Below are positions 27,171-37,238 of a stretch of DNA of 64,000 bases, piece by piece (within the stretch, counting starts at the first letter, position 1; every line of letters starts with the position of its first letter). The notes below the pieces were generated by a model. That model searched no databases, was not told where the DNA came from, and saw only the letters and a program-made list of their open reading frames with translations. Source of the stretch: a virus (lineage: Duplodnaviria > Caudoviricetes). The translations under genes were made by a program, and so were the position numbers. The DNA lies in the IMG/VR virus record IMGVR_UViG_3300032007_000010. One strand, 5' to 3'.

Positions 27171-27329
27171 ATGGAATCTAAAAAGGTTAAAATAGCCAAG
27201 AAGCATGCTGAGATGTTAAACAATATGGTCCCCGAGAGCATGATCAGACCATATCTCACCATGACAGATCCTGACGTTGATCCCAACGAGGTCGTACCGG
27301 AAGCATCTGGTCGACCGAAGTTCATCTAA
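27171..27329 (+). CDS. Small hypothetical protein (52 aa)
   Basis: AAGGAGG RBS, own promoter and terminator (27345-27367). Confidence 0.65.
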   Translation: MESKKVKIAKKHAEMLNNMVPESMIRPYLTMTDPDVDPNEVVPEASGRPKFI

Positions 27330-27391
27330 TTTCCCATCGCACAAGGAACCCGATCGGGTTCCTTTTTCCGGTTAGATCCGGGTTGGTAGCT

Positions 27392-27401
27392 ATATACCAT
27401 A
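27392..27401 (+). promoter_or_regulatory. Class E promoter
   Basis: ATATACCATA. Confidence 0.65.
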
Positions 27402-27444
27402 TTGATGAATCCAAGGAAATTAACATCTAGGAGGATCATAGATC

Positions 27445-27777
27445 ATGACAAAACGAGAAATTAGAGAGCACGAGTGTTTCTTGATACCGAAACACATCTT
27501 CAAACAGGAGGTATCTTTGCTCAGATCAATGCGTCGATTCGGCGAGTGTTACCAGCTCGATCGCTATCCCACCTTCGACGCGTATATCGGAACCGACAAG
27601 CCGCACATCAACATGATCGTCGAGCGCGGCAGACTGTTTCCGGAGCAATACTTCTTCATCACCGTTGACGGTGATGATCATTTCTTCCAGGGGTATTATC
27701 ATGGCGATGCGGTATTCTACCAAACAAACTCATGCACGGAGGCACTGGATGATGGGACAGTCACAATGTCATACTAA
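27445..27777 (+). CDS. Hypothetical protein
   Basis: GGAGG RBS. Confidence 0.65.
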   Translation: MTKREIREHECFLIPKHIFKQEVSLLRSMRRFGECYQLDRYPTFDAYIGTDKPHINMIVERGRLFPEQYFFITVDGDDHFFQGYYHGDAVFYQTNSCTEALDDGTVTMSY

Positions 27778-28087
27778 TAGCACTACGATCTGGGAATATC
27801 ATGGCATCTCATACACGATTGGATCGGAGCGTACCTTTGTGATATCGACCGATAATACGAGAAAGACCAAACCCTTCGGTCTCATATCACAAGAGTTTGA
27901 CATTGAGACATTTGTCAGGGAGCATGCGGACAGCTTCGATCATAACATGCTGGTCATCTGGGCACGCATCATTGATATGAAGATCGACCGTCGAGGCAGA
28001 GTCTATCCCATCGTTAAACCAATCACAGCCTTCGAGCGTCAAACGCTGGAGCGTTGTGGAGCACTCGACATATTAGAAGGAGAATAG
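27749..28087 (+). CDS. Hypothetical protein
   Basis: GGAGG before ATG 27749; operon packing. Confidence 0.55.
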   Translation: MMGQSQCHTNSTTIWEYHGISYTIGSERTFVISTDNTRKTKPFGLISQEFDIETFVREHADSFDHNMLVIWARIIDMKIDRRGRVYPIVKPITAFERQTLERCGALDILEGE

Positions 28088-28089
28088 TC

Positions 28090-28548
28090 ATGGGAAGGAA
28101 AAGAATCGTGGACAGACCAGAGCTTGATGTCATTCGGGAGCACATGCCCATACCGACCATCGAGTTCACCCTCGGTTTCGAGGAGTTTATCAGGTATCAT
28201 CGGTTAGCTCCATACAAGTATAGGTTATACCGCAACGGCGTGGTGTACAACGACGTGGCAACCGGCACTGTTCGTCATTTCGGTTTCACCGGTGGAAAGG
28301 ATCTCCATCGTTATCGTCGATGGATGACGATTCGGCGCCGAGAACAGAAAAAGTATGCGGAAGCCATCAAACGGGAACACGCTGCCCGGGCAAAGTACGA
28401 CTTCATCCACAACGAAGTACAGCGCGACATTGATGCCGAGGCACAGCGGGCCGAGGACTGCCTCAATCAGGCGTGCTCTATCTTCGAGGAAATCAAACGG
28501 CTCACCAAGCTAAGAAAATCTTTGAGAGTAAGGAGTAATGTTCAATGA
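28090..28548 (+). CDS. Basic hypothetical protein
   Basis: AAGGAG RBS. Confidence 0.65.
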   Translation: MGRKRIVDRPELDVIREHMPIPTIEFTLGFEEFIRYHRLAPYKYRLYRNGVVYNDVATGTVRHFGFTGGKDLHRYRRWMTIRRREQKKYAEAIKREHAARAKYDFIHNEVQRDIDAEAQRAEDCLNQACSIFEEIKRLTKLRKSLRVRSNVQ

Positions 28549-28742
28549 TCGAGAAGTTTCTCAGTGTGGCCATCAGGCTACTCTACGACGATGCGCGCGA
28601 AGACGCCGAAGCACTGCTCAACGATGGTGAATTTGAGTATAACTTCGTGGATGGCCAGACGCTCATGGTGCAGGAAGATGATGCTCAGGAGATTCTGGAG
28701 ATTCTCCAGGAGTCCAACATCGATTGTAGGTTTATCTGGTAA
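28545..28742 (+). CDS. Small acidic hypothetical protein
   Basis: AAGGAG RBS, ATGA overlap, followed by terminator 28754-28782. Confidence 0.65.
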   Translation: MIEKFLSVAIRLLYDDAREDAEALLNDGEFEYNFVDGQTLMVQEDDAQEILEILQESNIDCRFIW

Positions 28743-28796
28743 CGCACCCAAAAGAAGACACCCGCCGGGGTGTTTTCTTTTTATATGAAACCAGCG

Positions 28797-28807
28797 ACAC
28801 ATCTATA
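28797..28807 (+). promoter_or_regulatory. Class L promoter
   Basis: ACA-CATC-TATA. Confidence 0.7.
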
Positions 28808-28856
28808 ATATCCAGGCCTGAGTGCAATCATTTGGAACAAAGGAGGATGTATCGAT

Positions 28857-29699
28857 ATGCATCTTTCTCAGCAGGAAGTGGCAAACATTGCCAACCGAGA
28901 TTTCATCCTCGGAAATACCACGGTGGAGGAACAGATCGACTTCATCATCGATCAGATCAAGCATCCGTTCGACAGTGGAGACTCGAACTATTTCAAAAAG
29001 CTCGCGAAGATGGTCAACGAGGACAAGCTCGATGCGATCTGCCTCGATCTATTTCGTCAGATCGAAAACGTATACCCACATTTCGAGGTCGATGTCGAAA
29101 ACACCGACGCGCACATTTCCGAATACTTCGAAGCTGTCTACAAATTCTTCGTGCGCAACATCCAAAAACTCACACGCATCTTTCTTCGCGAGTACATCGT
29201 TCACTCGGCGAAGCATCGCAAAAATCTCGTCGAGGAATACATGGATGCGAAGATCCCCAACTATCCGAAGGAGCAATACGGAACCAAGGAGTTCTACATA
29301 CTCATCACAAAGATGCCATCCATCGTGCGCGACGTCTTCGAGAATGACATCCGTCTCGAAAAGTTCATCGACTACATCGAACGCGCAGATAAACATCCGC
29401 TATACTTCAAGGTGATCCGAGACATGCTCGATCGAGGCATCCTCATCGACTACCACATCGTGTCTGATATCTACGAACAGTTCCGCGATTCCGATCAGTA
29501 CGATCGGTCCATGTGCAAGCTCCAGATGACCGTCACCGACGATCTCATTAACCCATATCTCGAGGACAACGGTCTCATGGATCTCAAGAATCCTCCCATC
29601 ATGGAGATGGAAGATGATGATGTGGATGGCGAGGATGATGACGATGACGACTCCAACATCATCGTCGAGCGAGGACCAACCGAATCGGATCTGGACTAG
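28857..29699 (+). CDS. Hypothetical late protein
   Basis: AAGGAGG RBS, class L promoter. Confidence 0.75.
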   Translation: MHLSQQEVANIANRDFILGNTTVEEQIDFIIDQIKHPFDSGDSNYFKKLAKMVNEDKLDAICLDLFRQIENVYPHFEVDVENTDAHISEYFEAVYKFFVRNIQKLTRIFLREYIVHSAKHRKNLVEEYMDAKIPNYPKEQYGTKEFYILITKMPSIVRDVFENDIRLEKFIDYIERADKHPLYFKVIRDMLDRGILIDYHIVSDIYEQFRDSDQYDRSMCKLQMTVTDDLINPYLEDNGLMDLKNPPIMEMEDDDVDGEDDDDDDSNIIVERGPTESDLD

Positions 29700-29724
29700 A
29701 GATCCAACAAAGGAGATTAACACA

Positions 29725-31329
29725 ATGAACCTTGATAACCTGAATGCACTGCGAGACGATCTCGATGCCAAGGCGAAGACTGACCTTGAGATCAATTCGG
29801 ACAATTTTGGCGATGAGAGCGAACTCAGTCCGGAGGAAAACGAAATCATCGAACGTCTCCGGTCCGAGCAGCCGGACACCATGCTGGTGGTCAACGATAC
29901 GGATGAGACCGGTCAGAGCACGCAGATTCCGATGGGTGAATACGCAAAGACCCTCGATGGCCGACACGTGGTGCTCGATGGCATCGATTCGGACGCCGAG
30001 GAGATACTCAAAACCATCAATCGTGGCGACGTGATTCCCTCCGAGGATGATCTGCGAAAACAATCGGAACGCCATGCCGTGGATATGTTTCACACTATGA
30101 GGCGTTCCGGAGCTCCGGAGATGACCGACGAGGAGTTTCTGCGGGTGGATAGGCTTGCCATGGATGCGCTGCGCAATTTCTACGGAGACAGAAAGGTCAC
30201 ATCGGATCTCATCACCGGCGACCTCGGCAAACGTCCGCTTAATGCCATCGCAAAGATCCTTCCCGAGAAATTTGTTGACTGCTTCGTGAGCGAGAATGAG
30301 ATCAAGTTCAATAGTATACAGGCCAGAAATCGCTTCATCAATGTGCTTTCGTTCATGGTTTCCATGGGTCCCGAGATGGACTATCTCAACGACTACATCG
30401 AGAACGAGAACAAGCTCCTCCTCGTATCCAAGCGTCTCATGGAATGTCAGATCAACTTCTCGAAGATGCTCAAGGACAAGGAGAAACTTTCACAGATCGT
30501 TGCCCGGTCCCAGAAGCTCATCACCGACGATACGACCTTTTGGCAAAAATACATCAAACTTCCAAACCGCATACACAACGAGTTTGCCCAGGGTGTGGTG
30601 ATCTTCGAAGAATACGAGGATGCATACGAACGCATCCTCGATGACTATCCCGATACTCCCGAGAATGCCTCCGCACGTGAGCTCATCGAGAACGAGATCA
30701 AAGAGTGCGAGATCAAACAGGAAGTATACTCCAAGATCTCCGAGCTCGAGCTCATGCGCAGGTTGCATGCCATTCTCTCCGATCGATATCGAAACAACAT
30801 GAAACTCTCGCTCAAAAGCATCATGGACGATGCCGAGGACGCGGTCGAACGCATTCGTCGCTGCAAACAGGAACTGCCCTTCCCTGGGTTCCAGAATAAT
30901 ATGAAGCGGTCGAGCCAGATATTGAGCGCCTACCTCGCATCCTACACAAGCATGCTCCTCGGTCATAACAAGACGGTGTCCGATATGACCGTCAAGGAAG
31001 GCTACGAATCGGCTCCGATGAAATTTTCTCTCATTCACATTCCAGATCACGACGATGCCGATGTGTGCCAGGTGTTTGCGCTGTTGCTGGTGATTCTCAT
31101 GGGACGGATTCTCAAGAATCTCACCAAGGATCCGAACAAGTACAACGCCATCACCCTCGACTCGTACTTCAGGCTCTTTTGTCGACTCGGGACCGACCTC
31201 TATGTCATGGAGGATGTGTGGACAATGCTCCGAGATGATGTGCGCTGGATCCTCGAGTCATTCTATGAACCGCAGAAGATCGAATATCAGCGCTCGGAGA
31301 GTCGCAAGAAGGCAAATCGTGGGAGATGA
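29725..31329 (+). CDS. Hypothetical late protein
   Basis: AAAGGAG RBS before ATG 29725. Confidence 0.75.
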   Translation: MNLDNLNALRDDLDAKAKTDLEINSDNFGDESELSPEENEIIERLRSEQPDTMLVVNDTDETGQSTQIPMGEYAKTLDGRHVVLDGIDSDAEEILKTINRGDVIPSEDDLRKQSERHAVDMFHTMRRSGAPEMTDEEFLRVDRLAMDALRNFYGDRKVTSDLITGDLGKRPLNAIAKILPEKFVDCFVSENEIKFNSIQARNRFINVLSFMVSMGPEMDYLNDYIENENKLLLVSKRLMECQINFSKMLKDKEKLSQIVARSQKLITDDTTFWQKYIKLPNRIHNEFAQGVVIFEEYEDAYERILDDYPDTPENASARELIENEIKECEIKQEVYSKISELELMRRLHAILSDRYRNNMKLSLKSIMDDAEDAVERIRRCKQELPFPGFQNNMKRSSQILSAYLASYTSMLLGHNKTVSDMTVKEGYESAPMKFSLIHIPDHDDADVCQVFALLLVILMGRILKNLTKDPNKYNAITLDSYFRLFCRLGTDLYVMEDVWTMLRDDVRWILESFYEPQKIEYQRSESRKKANRGR

Positions 31330-31337
31330 TTTCGATC

Positions 31338-31347
31338 ATATATTATA
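31338..31347 (+). promoter_or_regulatory. Class E promoter
   Basis: ATATATTATA. Confidence 0.7.
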
Positions 31348-31418
31348 CTCCAGAAGAGGGAAATCGATGGTGCCATCGATTTCACCAATAAAATGAAATG
31401 AGAGGAGTATGAGATCAC

Positions 31419-31913
31419 ATGACCGCCGAATATGAAGAGATCAAGAAACAGGTTCGTTCCATCGGCAACGGACTGCATCACTGTCCCACGTGCATGCTCA
31501 TCTATGAGAATGGTGATGGCATCTATCACAAGGGCTACCACAAGCGCATGGTAGATTTCTACGAGAGGATCGATTCCCAGCACACCATCTATCCCTACTA
31601 CGAGGATCCCGAAGAGCTCCGTCGTGACGCCTTCAATGCAAAGGTCACCGATGAATACCGCAGGGCAGTCCTGGCTCTCATCGCACATTACTATCGGGCG
31701 CTCTTCATTGCCCAGGGTGCACATGGTCCCTATGATCGTGGCGGTGAGTACATTTCATTCGAAAGATACATCGCCATGTTCCTCGGCGCCAATGGTGACA
31801 TGCCGCTGCCCAGTCTGAGATCGTTCGGACCGAGGGTATACGCCGCACTCATCAAGACCTATGGTACGGAAACCGGCCTCGTTCCCGGCAATGCCACGAT
31901 CTTTGCCGACTGA
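31419..31913 (+). CDS. Hypothetical protein
   Basis: GAGGAG RBS; terminator 31936-31975. Confidence 0.7.
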   Translation: MTAEYEEIKKQVRSIGNGLHHCPTCMLIYENGDGIYHKGYHKRMVDFYERIDSQHTIYPYYEDPEELRRDAFNAKVTDEYRRAVLALIAHYYRALFIAQGAHGPYDRGGEYISFERYIAMFLGANGDMPLPSLRSFGPRVYAALIKTYGTETGLVPGNATIFAD

Positions 31914-31994
31914 GCAACTGAACATAATAGAAGAGACGAATCGAGTCCAAATCCTGGGCTCGATTCTTCTTTTTCTCAATTCATCAAAAATTAG

Positions 31995-32005
31995 ACATGT
32001 TTATA
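31995..32005 (+). promoter_or_regulatory. Class L promoter upstream of nrdD
   Basis: ACA-TGTT-TATA. Confidence 0.65.
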
Positions 32006-32034
32006 TCCTACCAGAAAAGGAGGTTAGCTGATCC

Positions 32035-33266
32035 ATGCTAATCAATAAACGCAATGGTGCACAAGTTGACTTTGACCGCGAAAAGATTGTACAGGCGATT
32101 AAGCGGGCCAATAATTCCGTCGATGTTTCCGAACGGTTAGGCGACGCGGTCATTGATGAGATCGCCAACACCATTGAACACAGATGCCAGAACATTGGGC
32201 ACATTCCCACGGTCGAAGAAGTACAGGACATGGTCATCAAGGACATCCAGCGCTACGGTGCCTTCGACCTTGCTACCAGCTACACCATATATCGGTACCA
32301 GAGGAGCCTCGTGCGGGCGGGCAACACCATCGACAAGAAGATCTTCAGTATTCTGGAAGGTACCAACGAGGAAGCTCGCACCGAAAACTCCAACAAAAAC
32401 ATTGACATCGCACCCGTGCAGAGAGATTATATGGCCGGTGAGGTGAATCGTGACATCACCGAACGCATTCTCCTGCCCAAAGAAATCATCGCCGAACACA
32501 AGAAAGGCGCCATCCATTTCCATGACAGCGACTTTTTCGGCCAGAAGATTCACAACTGCGCACTCATCAATATTGACGACATGCTTCAGCATGGGACAGT
32601 CATCACGGACACCAAGATCGAGAAACCTCATTCCTTTGCAACAGCCTGTAACATCATGACCCAGATTGTGATGCAGGTTGCTTCCTGCCAGTATGGTGGT
32701 CAGACAGTGTCTTTGTCGCATGTGGCCCCATTCGTTGACATTTCCCGTCAGAAGATTCGCAAGAATCTCCTCGCCGAGAACGAAGAGTCTGGTACGACAA
32801 TGAATGAAGAGCAGGTTGAAAAGCATGTTCAGATTCGACTCGCGCGTGAGATCGAGGCCGGCGTGCAGACGATTCAGTACCAGCTTTTGACCATGATGAC
32901 AACCAACGGGCAAACGCCCTTTGTCTCGGTTGCCGCATATCTCAACGAAGCTGATGATGTGGCTCGGGTAAACGGTCTTGATCCGGTAGTTCTTCGCCAG
33001 GATCTTGCCATGATCATCGAAGAGGTGCTCAAGCAGCGCTACCAGGGCATCAAAAACAAGGAGGGTGTCTGGATCTCTCCGCCGTTCCCGAAGATCCTAT
33101 ACTTCCTCGAGGACGATAACAACAAACCCGGCACCAAGTACTGGTACCTCACCGAACTGGCTGCCAAGTGCTCGATCAAACGTCTGACTCCCGATTACAT
33201 CTCCGAGAAACAGATCAAGGAGCAGAAAATCAATGCGATCGGCCAGCACGACTCATACCCCTGCAT
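32035..33266 (+). CDS. nrdD: Anaerobic ribonucleoside-triphosphate reductase, exon 1 (spliced product 758 aa)
   Basis: ATP-cone (KRNG...FD.EKI..AI), ENSNK, IHFHD, NC, QYGGQ, GQTPF, FPK; ends YPC-AT. Confidence 0.93.
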
Positions 33267-33639
33267 AAACAAAACCTGTGCCTGATAATGGTGACATTAT
33301 CAGCAAACTCATCTAAAAGGAGAAAGTCCTGATCATTGTGACATGGATCAGGATCACTTACCTTACTAAATTGATTGATAGCACCAAACCAATCATAAAA
33401 GTCTAACGACTATCGAAAGCATGTATATTCGAGAAATACGGTATTCATAGCAAGTAGAGTAGGGCCGCAAGCTAATGGCGGTACGGCATTGGGAAAGTAA
33501 GTCCGTTCAAATCGAAAAGATGAGACGTCTGGATCACGGTAAACAGTGACCAGCGTGTGATATAGTCTGATATCCCATGGTAACATGGGGAAGTTCATGA
33601 GAGAACTGCGTGATGTTGCGAATCACGTGAACATTTATG
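33267..33639 (+). mobile_element. Group I intron 1 of nrdD (373 nt, ORF-less)
   Basis: Exon ends in U, intron ends in G; removal restores YPC-M-GCRSFL; P7 ACGACUA/AUAGUC. Confidence 0.88.
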
Positions 33640-33746
33640 GGGATGTCGCAGCTTCTTGACTCCGGATCGAATGGTCGGCACTGGCATCGGTAATGTGGCC
33701 AATGCTGGCAATTACGAGGCTGACCACGGTAAATACTATGGACGGT
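33640..33746 (+). CDS. nrdD: nrdD exon 2 (107 nt; carries the MGCRSFL catalytic Cys)
   Basis: GCRSFLTPD...KYYGR. Confidence 0.88.
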
Positions 33747-34124
33747 TGACTACAAAGGTTGAGCCGTCGATAAACCATGTGAACATCCAGATGGATGGTG
33801 TGTGCGATGTTAATATCTGCATGCTAACGGTATCACTTACAATAAGTCGAAAGACGAATGCGGTGACTAAGAGAGCCTGAAGCCTCCGACGAGGCCATAT
33901 GGGAATACCGTGCCAATAACCGGATGGGAACGTCCGGGGACGGGTGTAGAGACTATCGAAAACTATAGAAAGCTTGTCGAGGACTACAATGCGTTAAATC
34001 TATAGTTAGTAGAGTAGGAGTGGTATCAAGACCACATGGTCATCAAATGTCCAATGATGATCACCCAAGCGCATGGATCAGCAAATAGCTGATAAGAGAT
34101 AGTCCAATTATCGACGTCTGATTA
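33747..34124 (+). mobile_element. Group I intron 2 of nrdD (378 nt, ORF-less, ends in A)
   Basis: P1 GACGGU/GCCGUC with U.G; P10 GGUUGA/UCAACC; P7 GAGACUA/UAGUCC; removal restores GRFNQGVVTINLP. Confidence 0.85.
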
Positions 34125-34642
34125 TCAACCAAGGCGTCGTCACGATCAATCTCCCCTATACCGCAATGGAATCCGACGGTGATATGGATAAGTTCTGGAA
34201 ACTCTTTGATGAGAGACTTGAGCTGTGCCACCGTGCTCTGCGCATTCGCCACGAGAGACTTCTCGGGACTCCGAGTGACATGGCGCCCATCATGTGGCAG
34301 CATGGTGCGCTTGCCCGTCTGAAACCCGGCGAAACCATCGACAAGCTTCTCTACGATGGATACTCCACCATTTCGCTCGGCTATGCCGGACTCTATGAGT
34401 GTGTCAAGTACATGACCGGGGAATCCCACACCAATCCCAATGTTGGCAAGCCCTTTGCGCTCAAGGTCATGAAATACATGAATGATAAGTGCAAGGAATG
34501 GAAGCTCGCCGAGAACATCGACTACTCTTTGTATGGAACACCCATCGAGAGTACGACCTATAAGTTCGCGAAGGCGCTCCAGCGTGATTTCGGCATCGTC
34601 GAAGATGTTTCTGATCACGGATATGTGACCAACAGCTACCAT
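34125..34642 (+). CDS. nrdD: nrdD exon 3
   Basis: FNQGVVTINLP, APIMWQHGA, SLGYAGLYE, YGTPIES, YVTNSYH. Confidence 0.9.
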
Positions 34643-35030
34643 CAACGTTAAGGTGGCAGTGTGTCGTGAGGCATGCTGATAAAATCAAGTGAACCCGTAC
34701 ATGCGGGGTGTGTTCAGGACTGTGAGTTCTGAATGCTAACGGTATCAGCGGAACTAAGACAGGCTATGTGACAATCATAGCCCCCGATTCATAATCGGGT
34801 CCGGGCGAATATGCTGACTAAGAGAGCCTGAAGGTCCTAATAAATAGGATAGCTGGGTGATACCGTGCTAAGGTTCTATTGTACAATAGGACAAAGTGTA
34901 ACGACTAACCGGGGTAGCGCCCGAGAGGAGTCCGGTGAAAGTCCGGCTCCGTAGGACTTGAGGTCTGCATGAGCAGATTGTGAGATAGTCTATTCCCCTA
35001 ATAAATATCGGGAAACCGAGGGTACTAAAG
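34643..35030 (+). mobile_element. Group I intron 3 of nrdD (388 nt, ORF-less)
   Basis: P1 CCAU/GUGG, P10 AACGUUAA/UUAACGUU, P7 ACGACUA/AUAGUC, terminal G; removal restores NSYH-VNVRE. Confidence 0.88.
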
Positions 35031-35450
35031 GTTAACGTTAGAGAGCAGATTTCTGCCTTCGATAAACTGCGTTTTGAGGCCGAGTTCCAGAAGCTCAGTC
35101 CCGGCGGTCAGATTTCCTACGTTGAGGTCCCGAACATGTCGAACAATATCGACGCAGTGCTGGACATCATCCGCTACATCGACGATAACATCATGTATGC
35201 GGAGCTCAACACGAAGTCTGACTACTGTCACGAATGCGGCTTCGATGGAGAGATTCTCATCAAGGAAGACAACGGCCAACTCATCTGGGAGTGTCCACAG
35301 TGTGGTAACCGCGATCAGAAGAAGATGAACGTGGCGAGACGCACGTGCGGATACATCGGAACCCAGTGGTGGAACCAGGGACGCACCGAGGAGATCCGCG
35401 ACCGCGTGCTCCACGTGTCCATCCCTGAGGTTGGCAATCCAAACGAGTAG
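35031..35450 (+). CDS. nrdD: nrdD exon 4 (glycyl radical domain)
   Basis: SPGGQISYVE, CHECG...CPQCG zinc site, RRTCGYIG glycyl-radical motif. Confidence 0.92.
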   Translation, partial: VNVREQISAFDKLRFEAEFQKLSPGGQISYVEVPNMSNNIDAVLDIIRYIDDNIMYAELNTKSDYCHECGFDGEILIKEDNGQLIWECPQCGNRDQKKMNVARRTCGYIGTQWWNQGRTEEIRDRVLHVSIPEVGNPNE

Positions 35451-35517
35451 GTTCAAACAAAAGAGATGGAGCTGGGTTATCCCCGGCTCCATCTTTCATA
35501 TCACAGGAGGTGAAATT

Positions 35518-36057
35518 GTGCACTACGGTCAAATATTCGATGCGGACGTGGCAAATGGTCCCGGCTTCCGGGTGTCGGTCTTTGTGTCAGGTTGTCGCAA
35601 TCATTGTCCCGGATGTTTTCAGCCAGAAACCTGGGACTTCAACTATGGCAAGGAGTGGAACGACGATGTGATGCGGCGGGTTGTGGAGATGCTATGTCCG
35701 GGGCACATCCGCGGGCTCACGGTGCTTGGTGGAGATCCCTTTGAGCCCGAAAACATATTTCAGGTAACCCAGCTCATGACTCATGTGAGAAACGCGTATC
35801 AAAACAAAGACATCTGGGTCTACACCGGCTATACCTATGAATATCTCCGAAACATTCAAAGGTATCATCCGAGCGTCGATCAGTCGCTGGTTGATTCCAT
35901 GCTTTCATGTATTGATGTGCTCGTTGATGGTCCCTTTGTCGAAGCTCAGAAGGATCTCACTCTCACCTTCCGCGGTTCTCGCAATCAGCGTCTCATCAAT
36001 CTACGAGCCATGCGCGAAACAGGCAATCTCAATGAGATTCGTCTCTGGGAAGAGTGA
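35518..36057 (+). CDS. nrdG: Anaerobic RNR activase (radical SAM)
   Basis: DVANGPG.R.S.FVSGC..HC.GC, LGGDP, YTGY, DVLVDGPF, FRGS.NQR. Confidence 0.93.
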   Translation: MHYGQIFDADVANGPGFRVSVFVSGCRNHCPGCFQPETWDFNYGKEWNDDVMRRVVEMLCPGHIRGLTVLGGDPFEPENIFQVTQLMTHVRNAYQNKDIWVYTGYTYEYLRNIQRYHPSVDQSLVDSMLSCIDVLVDGPFVEAQKDLTLTFRGSRNQRLINLRAMRETGNLNEIRLWEE

Positions 36058-36068
36058 ACACCTCTATA
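36058..36068 (+). promoter_or_regulatory. Class L promoter
   Basis: ACA-CCTC-TATA. Confidence 0.7.
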
Positions 36069-36087
36069 ATGTGAGGTGATAAAGATT

Positions 36088-36987
36088 ATGCAAACCTTCC
36101 GTCTTGATAAGGAAAAGGCCTATGTTGATGCATATGCGATGGAATACTATGTCCCATATCACATGCTCGACAAGGCCTACCGTGGATACAAGTACTATGA
36201 ACTTGCCGGAACCAAGGTGAAGTTCTTCGGCGTTGGAAATATGCGCTTCTTTGCTTCGGAGAAAGCCATGGAGGATCCTTTTTCTTCCAAGGTGTATACC
36301 CTAGGGGTACCGATGATGCTTGTCTGCGAACCCTCCGACATTTCGGTGCGCGATGTGAAGTTCACCAAGGGTGGCAAACCGCGCAAGAGTGTCGTGCTCA
36401 CCTTCTATCGCAACGATATCTTCGTGGACAATCTCAATCTTCTCCAGAACGGCAACAACGTCATGGTCCTAATGAATCTCATCGAATCTGGAAAACTTGA
36501 CAATGTGCTTCCGGATGATGCGGCGGAAATCTTCCGTGATGTGCAACTCATGAATAAGAGTAAACTGAGGATTCCGCCGGAGGAAGAGGAGATTATGATC
36601 TCCGAGCGCTATCGTGATCCGTCCAACCACATGCGAAAAGCGCGCTATCACGAAGGGCCGTTCGTTTCTCCGGATGAGCTTGTGTCGCTGAACATGCGTC
36701 AGGAGGCCATGTCTTCCACCACATACCAGGCAATCACTCATGAGGATATCAACACATCGTTGATTTCTTCGGTGAATCGAAAGAGGGCCGGCATAGTTGA
36801 TGAACCGACACCGTCCGAGGCTGTGGTTCGTAATATCACAAGCGAGCTCGACCGCATGACCAAGGAACGCGATGAACGCAACGCCGAACGTGAAAAGGTG
36901 GCAAAAGAAAAGGCTGCCGAGAATGCCAAGGATCGAGAGATCCAAGACCAAGAAAAAGAAACGACAAACGAGAAGCAGGAGGGGTGA
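36088..36987 (+). CDS. Hypothetical late protein
   Basis: GAGGTG RBS, class L promoter, terminator 36972-37003. Confidence 0.75.
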   Translation: MQTFRLDKEKAYVDAYAMEYYVPYHMLDKAYRGYKYYELAGTKVKFFGVGNMRFFASEKAMEDPFSSKVYTLGVPMMLVCEPSDISVRDVKFTKGGKPRKSVVLTFYRNDIFVDNLNLLQNGNNVMVLMNLIESGKLDNVLPDDAAEIFRDVQLMNKSKLRIPPEEEEIMISERYRDPSNHMRKARYHEGPFVSPDELVSLNMRQEAMSSTTYQAITHEDINTSLISSVNRKRAGIVDEPTPSEAVVRNITSELDRMTKERDERNAEREKVAKEKAAENAKDREIQDQEKETTNEKQEG

Positions 36988-37101
36988 CCCTCCTGCTTCT
37001 TTTCATCCAATCCACAGCGCTACTCATCAGCCCTCGGTATTCCGTTGACCGGGTACACGTTGGAATATATAAATGTCCTGATGCAGAACAGATTTACGCA
37101 A

Positions 37102-37112
37102 ACATGAGTATA
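37102..37112 (+). promoter_or_regulatory. Class L promoter
   Basis: ACA-TGAG-TATA. Confidence 0.7.
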
Positions 37113-37238
37113 AGGGTATTATGTATCCGGAACAATGAGGGTAACATTGTCTCGGACAACAACCTTCCAGCTCTATATGTTTTCATTTTTTGCAAAGAAT
37201 GAATACCACAAATCTATCAAAAGGAGGTAGACGTAGAA

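Noticed and set aside
32035-35450. nrdD as a frameshifted pseudogene or intein-containing gene
   Set aside because: The gaps have group I P1/P7/P10 elements and precise removal restores a full frame; no intein motifs
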